A DNA stretch of 44,071 nt from a virus (lineage: Duplodnaviria; Caudoviricetes). Below the pieces are notes generated by a model. It made no database searches, had not been told where the DNA came from, and worked only from the letters and a program-made list of their open reading frames with translations. Where the stretch lies: the IMG/VR virus record IMGVR_UViG_3300032233_001236, positions 1 to 44,071 of that record; one strand, written 5' to 3'. Positions 1 through 8,602 of the stretch are shown here, in pieces. The first letter of the stretch is position 1; each line of letters opens with the position of its first letter. A program made the translations under genes and the position numbers.

Positions 1-1
1 A

Positions 2-1027
2 GCTCTCGCTCCAAAACTTCAATCCATGTTGTCTGCAAAGTTACAAGAAATGGATATGGATATGGATGAGGCTGAAGAAGAGAAACTTGAAGAAAAATCA
101 CTCGGTCAAGACACTTATCGTACAGACGATTTTCAACATGTTGGTGCTAGAGAAAGACATGCTGCACTCGAAGAAAACGAAGAAGATCTTGAAGAAGATT
201 TCGATTTATCTTCTATCTTAGCTGAATTAAGCGATGATGAAGAAAAACCCGAAATGAACGAAGCCGAAGAAGAAGAAGAAGAAGCTGAAGACGAAGAAAT
301 GGAAGCTGACGAAGACGAAGCCGAAATGGAAGACGAAGAAGCTGAAGACGAATCTGAAATGGAAAGTATCACAGACTTAACTATGGATGAACTTAAAGAC
401 ATTATTAAAGACATCATCTCATCTGAAATGGGTGGCGACGAAATGGGCGCTGACATGGAAGATATGGGTGGTGAAGATGAAATGTCAATGGATCTTGGTG
501 GTGAAGAAGGTGGTGAAGAAGTTGGTATCGAAATGGATGCTGACGAAGAAGAAGAAATCGACGAAATCGATTTAGAAGAATTATTAGCTGAACTCGACGC
601 ACTTGGTGAAGGTGACGACGAAAACGAAGGTATGTATGAAGCTAAAAAGAAGAAAGAAGACAAAGACGATAAAAACGATATGAAAGAGGCAATCGATACA
701 ATCGAAGCTCTTCGTAACGAACTTAACGAAGTTAATCTTCTTAACGCTAAGTTGCTTTATGTAAACAAAGTATTCAAAGCTAAGAATTTGAACGAATCAC
801 AAAAACTCAAAGTAATTGCCCAGTTTGACAAAGCAACTACTGCGAAAGAAGCCAAAGCTATTTTTGAATCAATGAATAATGCTATCGCAAAATCAAAGAA
901 AAGCACTATCAAAGAATCATTAGGATTTGCTTCTAAAGCTGCTGGTGTAGCGCCTAAAAAACAAATCGTTCAAGTGGACGAAACAATGTCTAGGTGGCAA
1001 ATGCTCGCAGGTATTACTAAATATTAA
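2..1027 (+). CDS. Prohead scaffold/core protein (5'-partial; the frame is open from the window edge)
   Basis: Very acidic D/E-rich middle and coiled-coil C-terminus (ALRNELNEVNLLNAKLLYVNKVF...RWQMLAGI), directly upstream of the major capsid gene. The frame reads ALAPKLQS before the ATG at 26, so the real start probably lies outside the window. Confidence 0.8.
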   Translation, partial: ALAPKLQSMLSAKLQEMDMDMDEAEEEKLEEKSLGQDTYRTDDFQHVGARERHAALEENEEDLEEDFDLSSILAELSDDEEKPEMNEAEEEEEEAEDEEMEADEDEAEMEDEEAEDESEMESITDLTMDELKDIIKDIISSEMGGDEMGADMEDMGGEDEMSMDLGGEEGGEEVGIEMDADEEEEIDEIDLEELLAELDALGEGDDENEGMYEAKKKKEDKDDKNDMKEAIDTIEALRNELNEVNLLNAKLLYVNKVFKAKNLNESQKLKVIAQFDKATTAKEAKAIFESMNNAIAKSKKSTIKESLGFASKAAGVAPKKQIVQVDETMSRWQMLAGITKY

Positions 1028-1054
1028 TTTTTTAAAAACAAAAATTCATTTAAA

Positions 1055-2656
1055 ATGAACGTACAACAATTACTCGAATCATCAAACCAATACAAGAATG
1101 TAATGGATGATGCTCAAAAATTGTCGGCTAAATGGACTAAATCCGGCCTTTTGGAAGGAATTAAGTCTACAACTGACAAAAACACAATGTCAATGTTGCT
1201 TGAAAACCAAGCTAAACAATTGATCTCTGAAGCTTCTCAAACAGGTACTCAAGCAGGTGGTGCTGGTGCATACAGCGGCGAAAGCTGGTCTGGTGTTGCT
1301 TTGCCATTGGTTCGCCGTGTATTCGGTGAAATCGCTGCTAAAGAATTCGTTAGTGTACAACCAATGAACTTACCTTCTGGTCTTGTATTCTATCTTGATT
1401 TCAAATATGGTACCACTTCTGCTCCATTTGCTAATGGTGGTTCTCTCTATGGTGCTAATGCTTCTAACAACGTAACTGATATCAACTCAGCTTCATTATA
1501 TGGTGCTGGTAAGTTTGGTTATTCAATCAATCAATACTCTGCTTCTGCTGCTGCTGTAACTAGCTCTGCTGCATGGGCTGATTTTAACTTTGATTCTAAC
1601 TATTCTGCTTCTTATGGTACTTTCAAGAAAGTTAACGTTGCTCTTCCTTCTAACGCTGATCCACTTGCAGTTCGTGCTTTCATCATTACCTCTGGTTCTA
1701 TTGGTGTTGCTCAAAACTTACAAGCATTCACTACAATTAATGCTGCCTTCACTACAGCTTCATTTATGGTAACTGCTTCTGTAATCGATGGCGGTGCTGC
1801 TGCGGGTGTATTGTCTGGTGGTGTAATATTATACTATGATGTAGCTCCAACTGCTACTAGCCGTGGTGATTTTGAAGATGGTCAGCCTAAAACTAACGCT
1901 AATACAACTATCGCTATCCCTGAAATCAACGTTCAGTTGAAATCTGAAGCAATCGTTGCTAAAACTCGTAAGTTGAAAGCACAATGGACTCCGGAATTTG
2001 CTCAAGATCTTAACGCTTACCATAGTGTTGATGCTGAAGCTGAATTGACTGGTATCTTGTCTCAATACATCTCTATGGAAATCGACCTCGAAATCCTTGA
2101 TATGTTAATTCAGAATGCTTACACAACTGAAAGGTGGTCTGCCGTTAATAACATAGCTTTAGATGCTGTTGGTGCTTCTTCAAACCTCGGATTTTATAAC
2201 ACACAAGGTGGTTGGTTCCAAACCCTCGGTACTAAGTTACAGAAGGTTTCTAACATTATCCATCAGTTAACCCTCCGTGGTGGTGCTAACTTCCTCGTTA
2301 CTTCTCCAACCGTATCTACAATCCTCGAATCAATCCCTGGATTTGCTGCTGATGGTGATGGCGATAAGTTGCAGTACAACTTCGGTATCCAAAAGATCGG
2401 TTCTCTTAACAGTCGTTACAAGGTTTACAAAAACCCTTACATGACCGAGAACGTTATCTTGATGGGTTACAAAGGTGCTCAATTCCTTGAGTGTGGTGCT
2501 GTATTTGCTCCATATGTTCCATTGATCATGACTCCATTGCTTTACGATCCTAACACCTTCACTCCTAGAAAAGGATTGATGACTAGGTACGCGAAGAAGA
2601 TGATTCGTCCCGATTATTATGGTAAGATTTATGTTGCTGGTTTGAATACTCTTTAG
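1055..2656 (+). CDS. gp23: Major capsid protein, T4 gp23-like
   Basis: Typical gp23 motifs: LLENQ, PLVRR, VSVQPMNLPSGLVFYL, AKTRKLKAQWTPEFAQDLNAYH, EIDLEIL, YVPL, FTPRKGLMTRY. Codon usage suggests high expression. Confidence 0.97.
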   Translation: MNVQQLLESSNQYKNVMDDAQKLSAKWTKSGLLEGIKSTTDKNTMSMLLENQAKQLISEASQTGTQAGGAGAYSGESWSGVALPLVRRVFGEIAAKEFVSVQPMNLPSGLVFYLDFKYGTTSAPFANGGSLYGANASNNVTDINSASLYGAGKFGYSINQYSASAAAVTSSAAWADFNFDSNYSASYGTFKKVNVALPSNADPLAVRAFIITSGSIGVAQNLQAFTTINAAFTTASFMVTASVIDGGAAAGVLSGGVILYYDVAPTATSRGDFEDGQPKTNANTTIAIPEINVQLKSEAIVAKTRKLKAQWTPEFAQDLNAYHSVDAEAELTGILSQYISMEIDLEILDMLIQNAYTTERWSAVNNIALDAVGASSNLGFYNTQGGWFQTLGTKLQKVSNIIHQLTLRGGANFLVTSPTVSTILESIPGFAADGDGDKLQYNFGIQKIGSLNSRYKVYKNPYMTENVILMGYKGAQFLECGAVFAPYVPLIMTPLLYDPNTFTPRKGLMTRYAKKMIRPDYYGKIYVAGLNTL

Positions 2657-2698
2657 TCTAGTATAACATACTTAACCCCGTAAGGTTAAAAAGAAAAT

Positions 2699-2728
2699 GG
2701 CCGGACTTTGCAGTCCGGCCTTTCTTTC
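2699..2728 (+). terminator. Rho-independent terminator after the capsid gene
   Basis: Perfect 9-bp stem GGCCGGACT-ttgc-AGTCCGGCC followed by TTTCTTTC. Confidence 0.85.
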
Positions 2729-2730
2729 GT

Positions 2731-2738
2731 ATATTTAT
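2731..2738 (+). promoter_or_regulatory. Putative late promoter ATATTTAT (first of 16 copies)
   Basis: Copies at 2731, 3293, 4002, 8573, 14031, 16424, 18789, 25507, 26533, 27541, 29339, 29919, 30002, 31044, 32940 and 41002, all at gene boundaries and all in this orientation. Confidence 0.75.
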
Positions 2739-2744
2739 ACACGT

Positions 2745-3293
2745 ATGAAAGCATGTAAACGTTGTAACATAGAAAAACCAATAGATAACTTTTGTAAACG
2801 AAAAGGAGAAAAAGACGGTCTTCATCGTTATTGCAAAGAATGTCTAAATGAAGAATTTAAAGGGTATTACCAGAAAGTAAAACCGGAACATAATGCTCGT
2901 TCTTCTAAATGGATAGCTGAAAATAAAGAATATCATAAAAAATTAGTAAACGATCATTATTATAATAATAAAGACTACTACCGTCAATGGAACCAAACCA
3001 AATACGATACGGATCCCCTATTCCGCCTCCGCCACGCAATTAACGCACTAATCAATTTTCACCTTAAAGAAGGTAAATCACAAAGCAGTATCGACTATCT
3101 AGGATGTACAATACAAGAATACAAAACATATCTTGAACCAATGTTTACACCAGAAATGAATTGGGACAATTATGGCTCTTATTGGGAAATAGATCACATC
3201 CATCCACTAGCTAAAGGCGGATCGTTTTATTATACTAACACACAACCACTCACAATAAATGAAAATAGAGTGAAATCGGATAAGTTTGTTTAA
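2745..3293 (+). CDS. HNH-family (homing-type) endonuclease with an N-terminal Cys zinc-binding region
   Basis: CxxC...CKEC N-terminus, YLGCT...MNWDNYG.YWEIDHIHPL...YTNTQPL...N core. Start moved from 2697 to the ATG at 2745 because 2697 overlaps the terminator and lies upstream of the promoter motif. Confidence 0.85.
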   Translation: MKACKRCNIEKPIDNFCKRKGEKDGLHRYCKECLNEEFKGYYQKVKPEHNARSSKWIAENKEYHKKLVNDHYYNNKDYYRQWNQTKYDTDPLFRLRHAINALINFHLKEGKSQSSIDYLGCTIQEYKTYLEPMFTPEMNWDNYGSYWEIDHIHPLAKGGSFYYTNTQPLTINENRVKSDKFV

Positions 3294-3322
3294 TATTTAT
3301 ATAAAACAAACACACATCGTTT

Positions 3323-3991
3323 ATGAAGGAACCAAATCGCGTACGTAAAAACGAAATCAAGGCAATCAATGTTTTACAGTTAAATGAAGAGCAAAAAGAA
3401 GCAAAAAGGTTAATAGTAGAAAATCAAATTGTTATAGTTACGGGTAGAGCAGGTAGTGGAAAATCATTAGTATGTGCTCAAGCAGCATTAGATTTCCTTA
3501 AGAAAAAACAAATAGACTGCATCTACAATACAAGAGCCGCCATTGAAGTCGGCAAATCATTAGGTTACCTCCCAGGAGCATTAAGTGAAAAATTCGATCC
3601 ATATATGGAAGCGTTAGTTGAAAATCTTAACAAATGCTGCACCGATAAAAATGAAGTAACTAAATTACTTCAAGACGAAAAAATTAAAGCATTACCCGTT
3701 CAATTTATTCGTGGTAAAACTATTGACGATATATTAATCGTTGAGGAAGCACAAAACCTAACTAAAGGTGAAATGCTAGCTATATTAACACGTTTAGGAA
3801 AAACTGGCAAAATCGTTATCAACGGTGACAACGAACAGACCGATATCAAAACGTTAACGGGTGAAATAAACGGCTTGAGTTACGCTATCGAATTATCCAA
3901 AAAAATAGAGGAAATTAAGTGGATTAAATTGAAAGAGAACCACCGCTCTGATTTAGTAGGTAAGATACTCGAACACGAATATGGAAAGTAA
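3323..3991 (+). CDS. phoH: PhoH-family ATPase
   Basis: Walker A GRAGSGKS, LGYLPG.L.EKFDPY, FIRGKT, IVEEAQN, LTRLG, GDNEQTD, HRS motifs. Confidence 0.95.
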   Translation: MKEPNRVRKNEIKAINVLQLNEEQKEAKRLIVENQIVIVTGRAGSGKSLVCAQAALDFLKKKQIDCIYNTRAAIEVGKSLGYLPGALSEKFDPYMEALVENLNKCCTDKNEVTKLLQDEKIKALPVQFIRGKTIDDILIVEEAQNLTKGEMLAILTRLGKTGKIVINGDNEQTDIKTLTGEINGLSYAIELSKKIEEIKWIKLKENHRSDLVGKILEHEYGK

Positions 3992-4032
3992 TAGCTATCC
4001 AATATTTATACGTGTTAAATACTACTTAAATA

Positions 4033-5655
4033 ATGAGCGCAAAAGCAATAAATCTAAAAAGACTGTGGGATGAATATTACGGTGATACATCGTATTTAAA
4101 TCCTGTTAAATGTAATACTCCATTTGAGTATTATACTAATGATCCTGAATTCGTTCGTGATGCTAAAAGCTGCACACGCTTTGTAGCACAGCGTTTAGGC
4201 GCTAGTGGTTTAGGTCTTACTCAATTAAATATTAGTGATCTTACTGTATATGCTGCTTTTGAAGAAGCAGTTACTACATATGGTAATTTAGTTTATCAAT
4301 ACAAAATTAGAGATCAATTTATTAACATTGAAGGATCAGATGCTGCTCCTTTCAATAATAATACTGTTACTTTTGTTAATAGTATTGATATTAACTCTCC
4401 AGTAACTTGGTCTGCTGCTAGGTTAGCTACGTATGCTGATATTAATTACGATGCACATTTTTCTCAATCAATTGTTAATGGAGGTGTATATGTAATATCT
4501 GCTTCTGTAAATAATTTTGTGTTACCTAATATTGATTATGTAAAGTCAATTACATTAGCTACAGAATTTGTAACAGTAAATACAGGATTAACTGTTGATT
4601 TAAGTACATATGTTTATAATCAATTAAATAGAACCGGAGGTCCAACAAGTGCCTCTGTTATTACAGCAGGTAATAGTCATGTTTACTTATTTACTACTAG
4701 CCCACAAATAGCAGGAGGAAATGCAATATTCGGAACTGGATCTATACCAACAGTTTATATTCAAGATAGCTTAGAACCTGAATTAAATAATAAGTTAATT
4801 ACTAATAACCTTGCTAATTTAACTACTACTATAGCAGACGATTATGCTTCTGAGGCAGGTATTGGTGGTAACTTTAATGTAATGACAGGTTCCATAGAAA
4901 TGAAAAATGGAACCCAAAACTATGATTTAAACGCTTGGGCTGCTATTTCTGCATCATTAGATGCTGGTGATAGAGTTGAAATTAGAAGAGTATTTTATGA
5001 AGAACCACCCGCAATCGTTCGTTACTTTGACCCATATGCAGGTACAGGTACTGGTATACAATCATTATTGGAAACTTTTGGATTTGGTCAATTTTCTCCT
5101 GGTATTAACTTCTTATTAATGCCAATTAACTTTGACGTTCAAAAAATTCAAGCAATTGAATTTAATGATCAGATCAGAAAAGCAGCGTTTTCATTTAATC
5201 TAGTAAACAATCAACTAAAAATATTCCCTATTCCTGATAGAGATAAAAGATTATTTTTTGAATATGTTAAAATAAGTGAAAAATATAACCCAGTAAAAGA
5301 TACTAGAACAAATCTTGTTACTGATATAATGAATGCTCCTTTTAGAAATCCAATCTATTCTAAAATTAATACTGTAGGTAGAACTTGGATTTTTAAATAT
5401 ACTTTAGCATTATCTCGTGAAATTGAAGCACACATCCGTATTCAATTTGCTAATGTTAATGTACAAGGTGTAGGTTCACTTCAAGGATCTGAGTTAGTAG
5501 CTGATGCTAGAACAGAAAAAGATCAATTGATAACAGAATTAAAGGAAATGTTAAATGAAACATCACGTAAAGGTCAATTAGAGCGTAAACAACTCGAAGC
5601 TAGCTTTATGAGAGATACATTACAACAAATACCCTTACCAATTTATATATTCTAA
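4033..5655 (+). CDS. Neck/head-completion protein (gp13-like) with a Ser/Thr-rich insertion
   Basis: Position after the capsid gene; RLG...QLNISD...YAAFEEAV, NQLKIFPIP, WIFKYTLAL, L.GSELV.DARTEK motifs resemble gp13-type adaptors. Confidence 0.7.
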   Translation: MSAKAINLKRLWDEYYGDTSYLNPVKCNTPFEYYTNDPEFVRDAKSCTRFVAQRLGASGLGLTQLNISDLTVYAAFEEAVTTYGNLVYQYKIRDQFINIEGSDAAPFNNNTVTFVNSIDINSPVTWSAARLATYADINYDAHFSQSIVNGGVYVISASVNNFVLPNIDYVKSITLATEFVTVNTGLTVDLSTYVYNQLNRTGGPTSASVITAGNSHVYLFTTSPQIAGGNAIFGTGSIPTVYIQDSLEPELNNKLITNNLANLTTTIADDYASEAGIGGNFNVMTGSIEMKNGTQNYDLNAWAAISASLDAGDRVEIRRVFYEEPPAIVRYFDPYAGTGTGIQSLLETFGFGQFSPGINFLLMPINFDVQKIQAIEFNDQIRKAAFSFNLVNNQLKIFPIPDRDKRLFFEYVKISEKYNPVKDTRTNLVTDIMNAPFRNPIYSKINTVGRTWIFKYTLALSREIEAHIRIQFANVNVQGVGSLQGSELVADARTEKDQLITELKEMLNETSRKGQLERKQLEASFMRDTLQQIPLPIYIF

Positions 5656-6266
5656 TGAAGCAATTTTTAGGAGTACAAAGGTATATTAACTTAGGTGATT
5701 GTGAAGATGGAAATTTTCCAAACACCTCTCCTACAGCATCTGCAACTAAATCTGGAGTTCCATCAACACCTCCCGGTCCTCCTACTGTAGGTACTAATGT
5801 TATTAAAAATAATTATATAGATCAAGCTATACAAGCGCAAATCAATTTTTCAAATATGAAAGTTGGTTATTTTAAAATTGATTTATTTAGAACAACAGTT
5901 AATATATATGGTGAAGCAACTGAAAAATGGTATTACCCTCCATTTGAAGTTAAATGTTTAATCGAAAGAGGAGATTTTGCTTATTCTGATACTGAGTATG
6001 GTCCAGATATAAATCAGACTATGACAATTAAGATACCAAAATTAAATATAGACGAAACTGGATTAAATTTTAATCCTGAAGTAGGAGATATAATAACTGA
6101 TCAAGAAAGATATTACCAAGTAAACACAGTAGACAGATCATTTATAACAATACCTGGAAGTGGAGATGCTGGAGCTTCTCTAGGAACACCAGGGCAGATA
6201 GTATTATTCACATTAGGTGCTTACTTAACAAGAATAACAAACCTTAACTTAATAAAATATAGCTAA
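5655..6266 (+). CDS. Putative head-closure/neck protein (gp14-like)
   Basis: Coupled to the previous gene (TAATG overlap); NIYGEA..K.Y..P and PEVGDII....YYQV motifs. Confidence 0.6.
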   Translation: MKQFLGVQRYINLGDCEDGNFPNTSPTASATKSGVPSTPPGPPTVGTNVIKNNYIDQAIQAQINFSNMKVGYFKIDLFRTTVNIYGEATEKWYYPPFEVKCLIERGDFAYSDTEYGPDINQTMTIKIPKLNIDETGLNFNPEVGDIITDQERYYQVNTVDRSFITIPGSGDAGASLGTPGQIVLFTLGAYLTRITNLNLIKYS

Positions 6267-6607
6267 TGGGATTATTAGGTAAAATATTATTAAATGAAGG
6301 CATCACAATTTTTAGGTGTGATGTGCTCATTAAAACAAGAGCAGATCAAAATAAAGTAGAAATTTATAATGAAATTAGAGCTCTAAACGGTGTTGTTGTT
6401 GTTACTATTGAACAAAGTGACTTTTTAAATGCTAAGGCAACTAAAGATTATGAATATTCTTTACTTAAAATAAAATATATTGGTAGAGGAGATGCAAAAT
6501 CTTCAATTAAAGAAATTGGTATAGATGCTGTAACCAAGAACCGCGTTCCGGGCCTATTGCAGTTTATACCTCGATACAATACAATTAATAAAGTAGGATC
6601 ATATTAA
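6266..6607 (+). CDS. Hypothetical protein, possibly head-associated
   Basis: Translationally coupled 113-aa ORF with N-terminal LGKILLNE. Confidence 0.6.
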   Translation: MGLLGKILLNEGITIFRCDVLIKTRADQNKVEIYNEIRALNGVVVVTIEQSDFLNAKATKDYEYSLLKIKYIGRGDAKSSIKEIGIDAVTKNRVPGLLQFIPRYNTINKVGSY

Positions 6608-6617
6608 TATTATAAAG

Positions 6618-7001
6618 ATGAAATTATTAGACATTTTACAGGAATTAGATCGTCCAAAGCAAATATATGCTGATAGAAACCCAAATAAACAAGTTACTAT
6701 TGCTGATTTAACTCCTGAAGAAAAAGATGAATTATTTGCAAAAGGATCTTTATTAGTAAAGATGCCTGCTGATCCTAATCGCCCTGAAACAAGTGCGTCT
6801 CAAGTAATTAACTTACCTAAAATGGATCAAGTTAAAAAAGACATCATTCAATATAAAAAAGAATTTGATGTATTTATGTTTTCTCCTGATCCTGATATTA
6901 AAGCAATAGCAAAAGAAATAAATAAAAATTTTAATCAATTATACAGAGTATTAAATGCTCTTGATAAGTCTATTGATTTAAAAAAAAGAGGTAGAATATA
7001 A
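6618..7001 (+). CDS. Hypothetical protein, possibly an internal head protein
   Basis: 127-aa ORF starting MKLLDILQE, coupled to the next gene. Confidence 0.6.
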   Translation: MKLLDILQELDRPKQIYADRNPNKQVTIADLTPEEKDELFAKGSLLVKMPADPNRPETSASQVINLPKMDQVKKDIIQYKKEFDVFMFSPDPDIKAIAKEINKNFNQLYRVLNALDKSIDLKKRGRI

Positions 7002-8251
7002 TGCCAAGAGATAGAAAACCGATACCAAAAAACCAATCCGAAATAGTACAAGATACTATTCATTCTTTCCTTAATCAGGGAAAACCAGTTAGTCAAAATG
7101 TATTCACTCATCGTGATAATAGAGCATTAAATACTACTCGTAAAACTGATAAGATAAAGGATATTACTGTTGGTTTAGAAGATATTGATTATGCTATTAA
7201 ATACTATTTTGAAACTGCTGTTTTACCAACAATAATACAAGATGGGAATAGAATAGCAGTTCCTGTTATATATGGTTCTCCGGAGCGCTGGAAATCAATT
7301 CAATCAGATGGTTATTATAGAGATACTAATGGTAAATTAGTAATTCCTCTTATAATGTATAAAAGAACCAATATTGAAAAAAATAGAAACTTAGGTAATA
7401 AAATAGATGGTAACCTAGCTGCATTATTTCAAACATTTGAAACAAAATATAACCAAAGAAATCAATATGATAAGTTTTCTATTTTAAATAATAGAATCCC
7501 ATCAAAACAAATTTATGTTTCTGTAGTACCTGACTATGTTACTATAACATATGAATGTATTATAATTACAAATTATGTAGAACAAAATAATAGTATAATT
7601 GAATCAATAGAATATGCTGCTGATTCATATTGGGGTGATAAGAGTAGATATCAATTTAGAACATCAATTGATAGCTTTGCTACAACAAATGTTATTAATT
7701 CTGGAGAAGATAGAATAGCAACTACTAATGTTAATTTAAAAGTAAACGGATACCTAATACCAAATACTATTAATCAACACCTATCAGATACTAATCTTCA
7801 TTATTCTCCCGCTCAGATTGTATTTACAATGGAGACAACAGATAGTTCTGAAATATTTACTACTGCTGCTAAACAGGCAGCACCAAAAACCGCAATGGGT
7901 GGTGCTTCAATTTCTGATTCTTATAACGTGAATATAACATCAACATCATCTGGCGGCGTGACAAGCGATGTATCTATTTATCTTGCTACAAGTGAAACAA
8001 AATATGCTGCTACAATAACAACAAATACAGCTATTTTTAATGCTGCTTTCCTAGCAGCACCCTCACCTTTACCACCTACATCAAAATCTAATTTTACATT
8101 TTTTGTAAATGGCCAATTAGTGGATATTAATTCAGTAACTAGCTTTACTGACAACAATAATGGAACCTGTACACTAGTTGTAGACACGGACAACTTAGAT
8201 TATACATTAGAATCTGACGACCAGATACTAGCAATTGGTAAATTTCAATAA
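7001..8251 (+). CDS. Tail terminator / sheath stabiliser (gp15-like) with a C-terminal extension
   Basis: VPVIYGSPERW, IPLI, VPDYVTITYE, EQNN.IIE.I, LKVNGYL motifs of the gp15-like fold; position after the neck genes. Confidence 0.65.
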   Translation: MPRDRKPIPKNQSEIVQDTIHSFLNQGKPVSQNVFTHRDNRALNTTRKTDKIKDITVGLEDIDYAIKYYFETAVLPTIIQDGNRIAVPVIYGSPERWKSIQSDGYYRDTNGKLVIPLIMYKRTNIEKNRNLGNKIDGNLAALFQTFETKYNQRNQYDKFSILNNRIPSKQIYVSVVPDYVTITYECIIITNYVEQNNSIIESIEYAADSYWGDKSRYQFRTSIDSFATTNVINSGEDRIATTNVNLKVNGYLIPNTINQHLSDTNLHYSPAQIVFTMETTDSSEIFTTAAKQAAPKTAMGGASISDSYNVNITSTSSGGVTSDVSIYLATSETKYAATITTNTAIFNAAFLAAPSPLPPTSKSNFTFFVNGQLVDINSVTSFTDNNNGTCTLVVDTDNLDYTLESDDQILAIGKFQ

Positions 8252-8252
8252 A

Positions 8253-8540
8253 ATGGCACGACTAAAATTAAAGCAAGTTCTATCAAATCTGCATTACGAT
8301 GCACAGAACGACCAATTAATTCTAAGCGGGTCTAAAATTCCAACTGCTCTTCTAAACCCAGAAGATGCAGACATTAATTGGGATCAAGCTTTTGGAGATT
8401 GGGAGGGTACTAGAAGAGGAATACCAGACTTTGTAATTTATGGGGAAACTTTTGTTACTTCTAGCGCTTATTTAACAGGATCGTTAACTATAAAAGGTAA
8501 TTTAACGGTAAGTGGATCATTCCAAACAAGTTCAATCTAA
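8253..8540 (+). CDS. Small virion/fibre-associated protein
   Basis: Likely start is ATG 8253 (MARLKLKQ), just after the gp15-like stop, rather than the upstream start at 8235; C-terminal TGSLTIKGNLTVSGS fibre-type strands. Confidence 0.6.
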   Translation: MARLKLKQVLSNLHYDAQNDQLILSGSKIPTALLNPEDADINWDQAFGDWEGTRRGIPDFVIYGETFVTSSAYLTGSLTIKGNLTVSGSFQTSSI

Positions 8541-8602
8541 GAAAAAAAGGTCGCTAAGTTACGTATACATTAATATTTATCGATAGACTATAATTATAAA
8601 AA

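Noticed and set aside
133-663. Ser-rich minus-strand ORF, and the other minus-strand or nested ORFs in the track
   Set aside because: Shadows of biased + strand genes (for example GAA/GAT repeats read antisense); no recognisable motifs and fully overlapping credible genes.
2697-2744. N-terminal 16 aa of the HNH ORF as listed in the track
   Set aside because: This stretch overlaps the terminator hairpin and the promoter motif; ATG 2745 is more plausible.
3323-3991. phoH as a novel auxiliary gene
   Set aside because: phoH is common in large aquatic phages.
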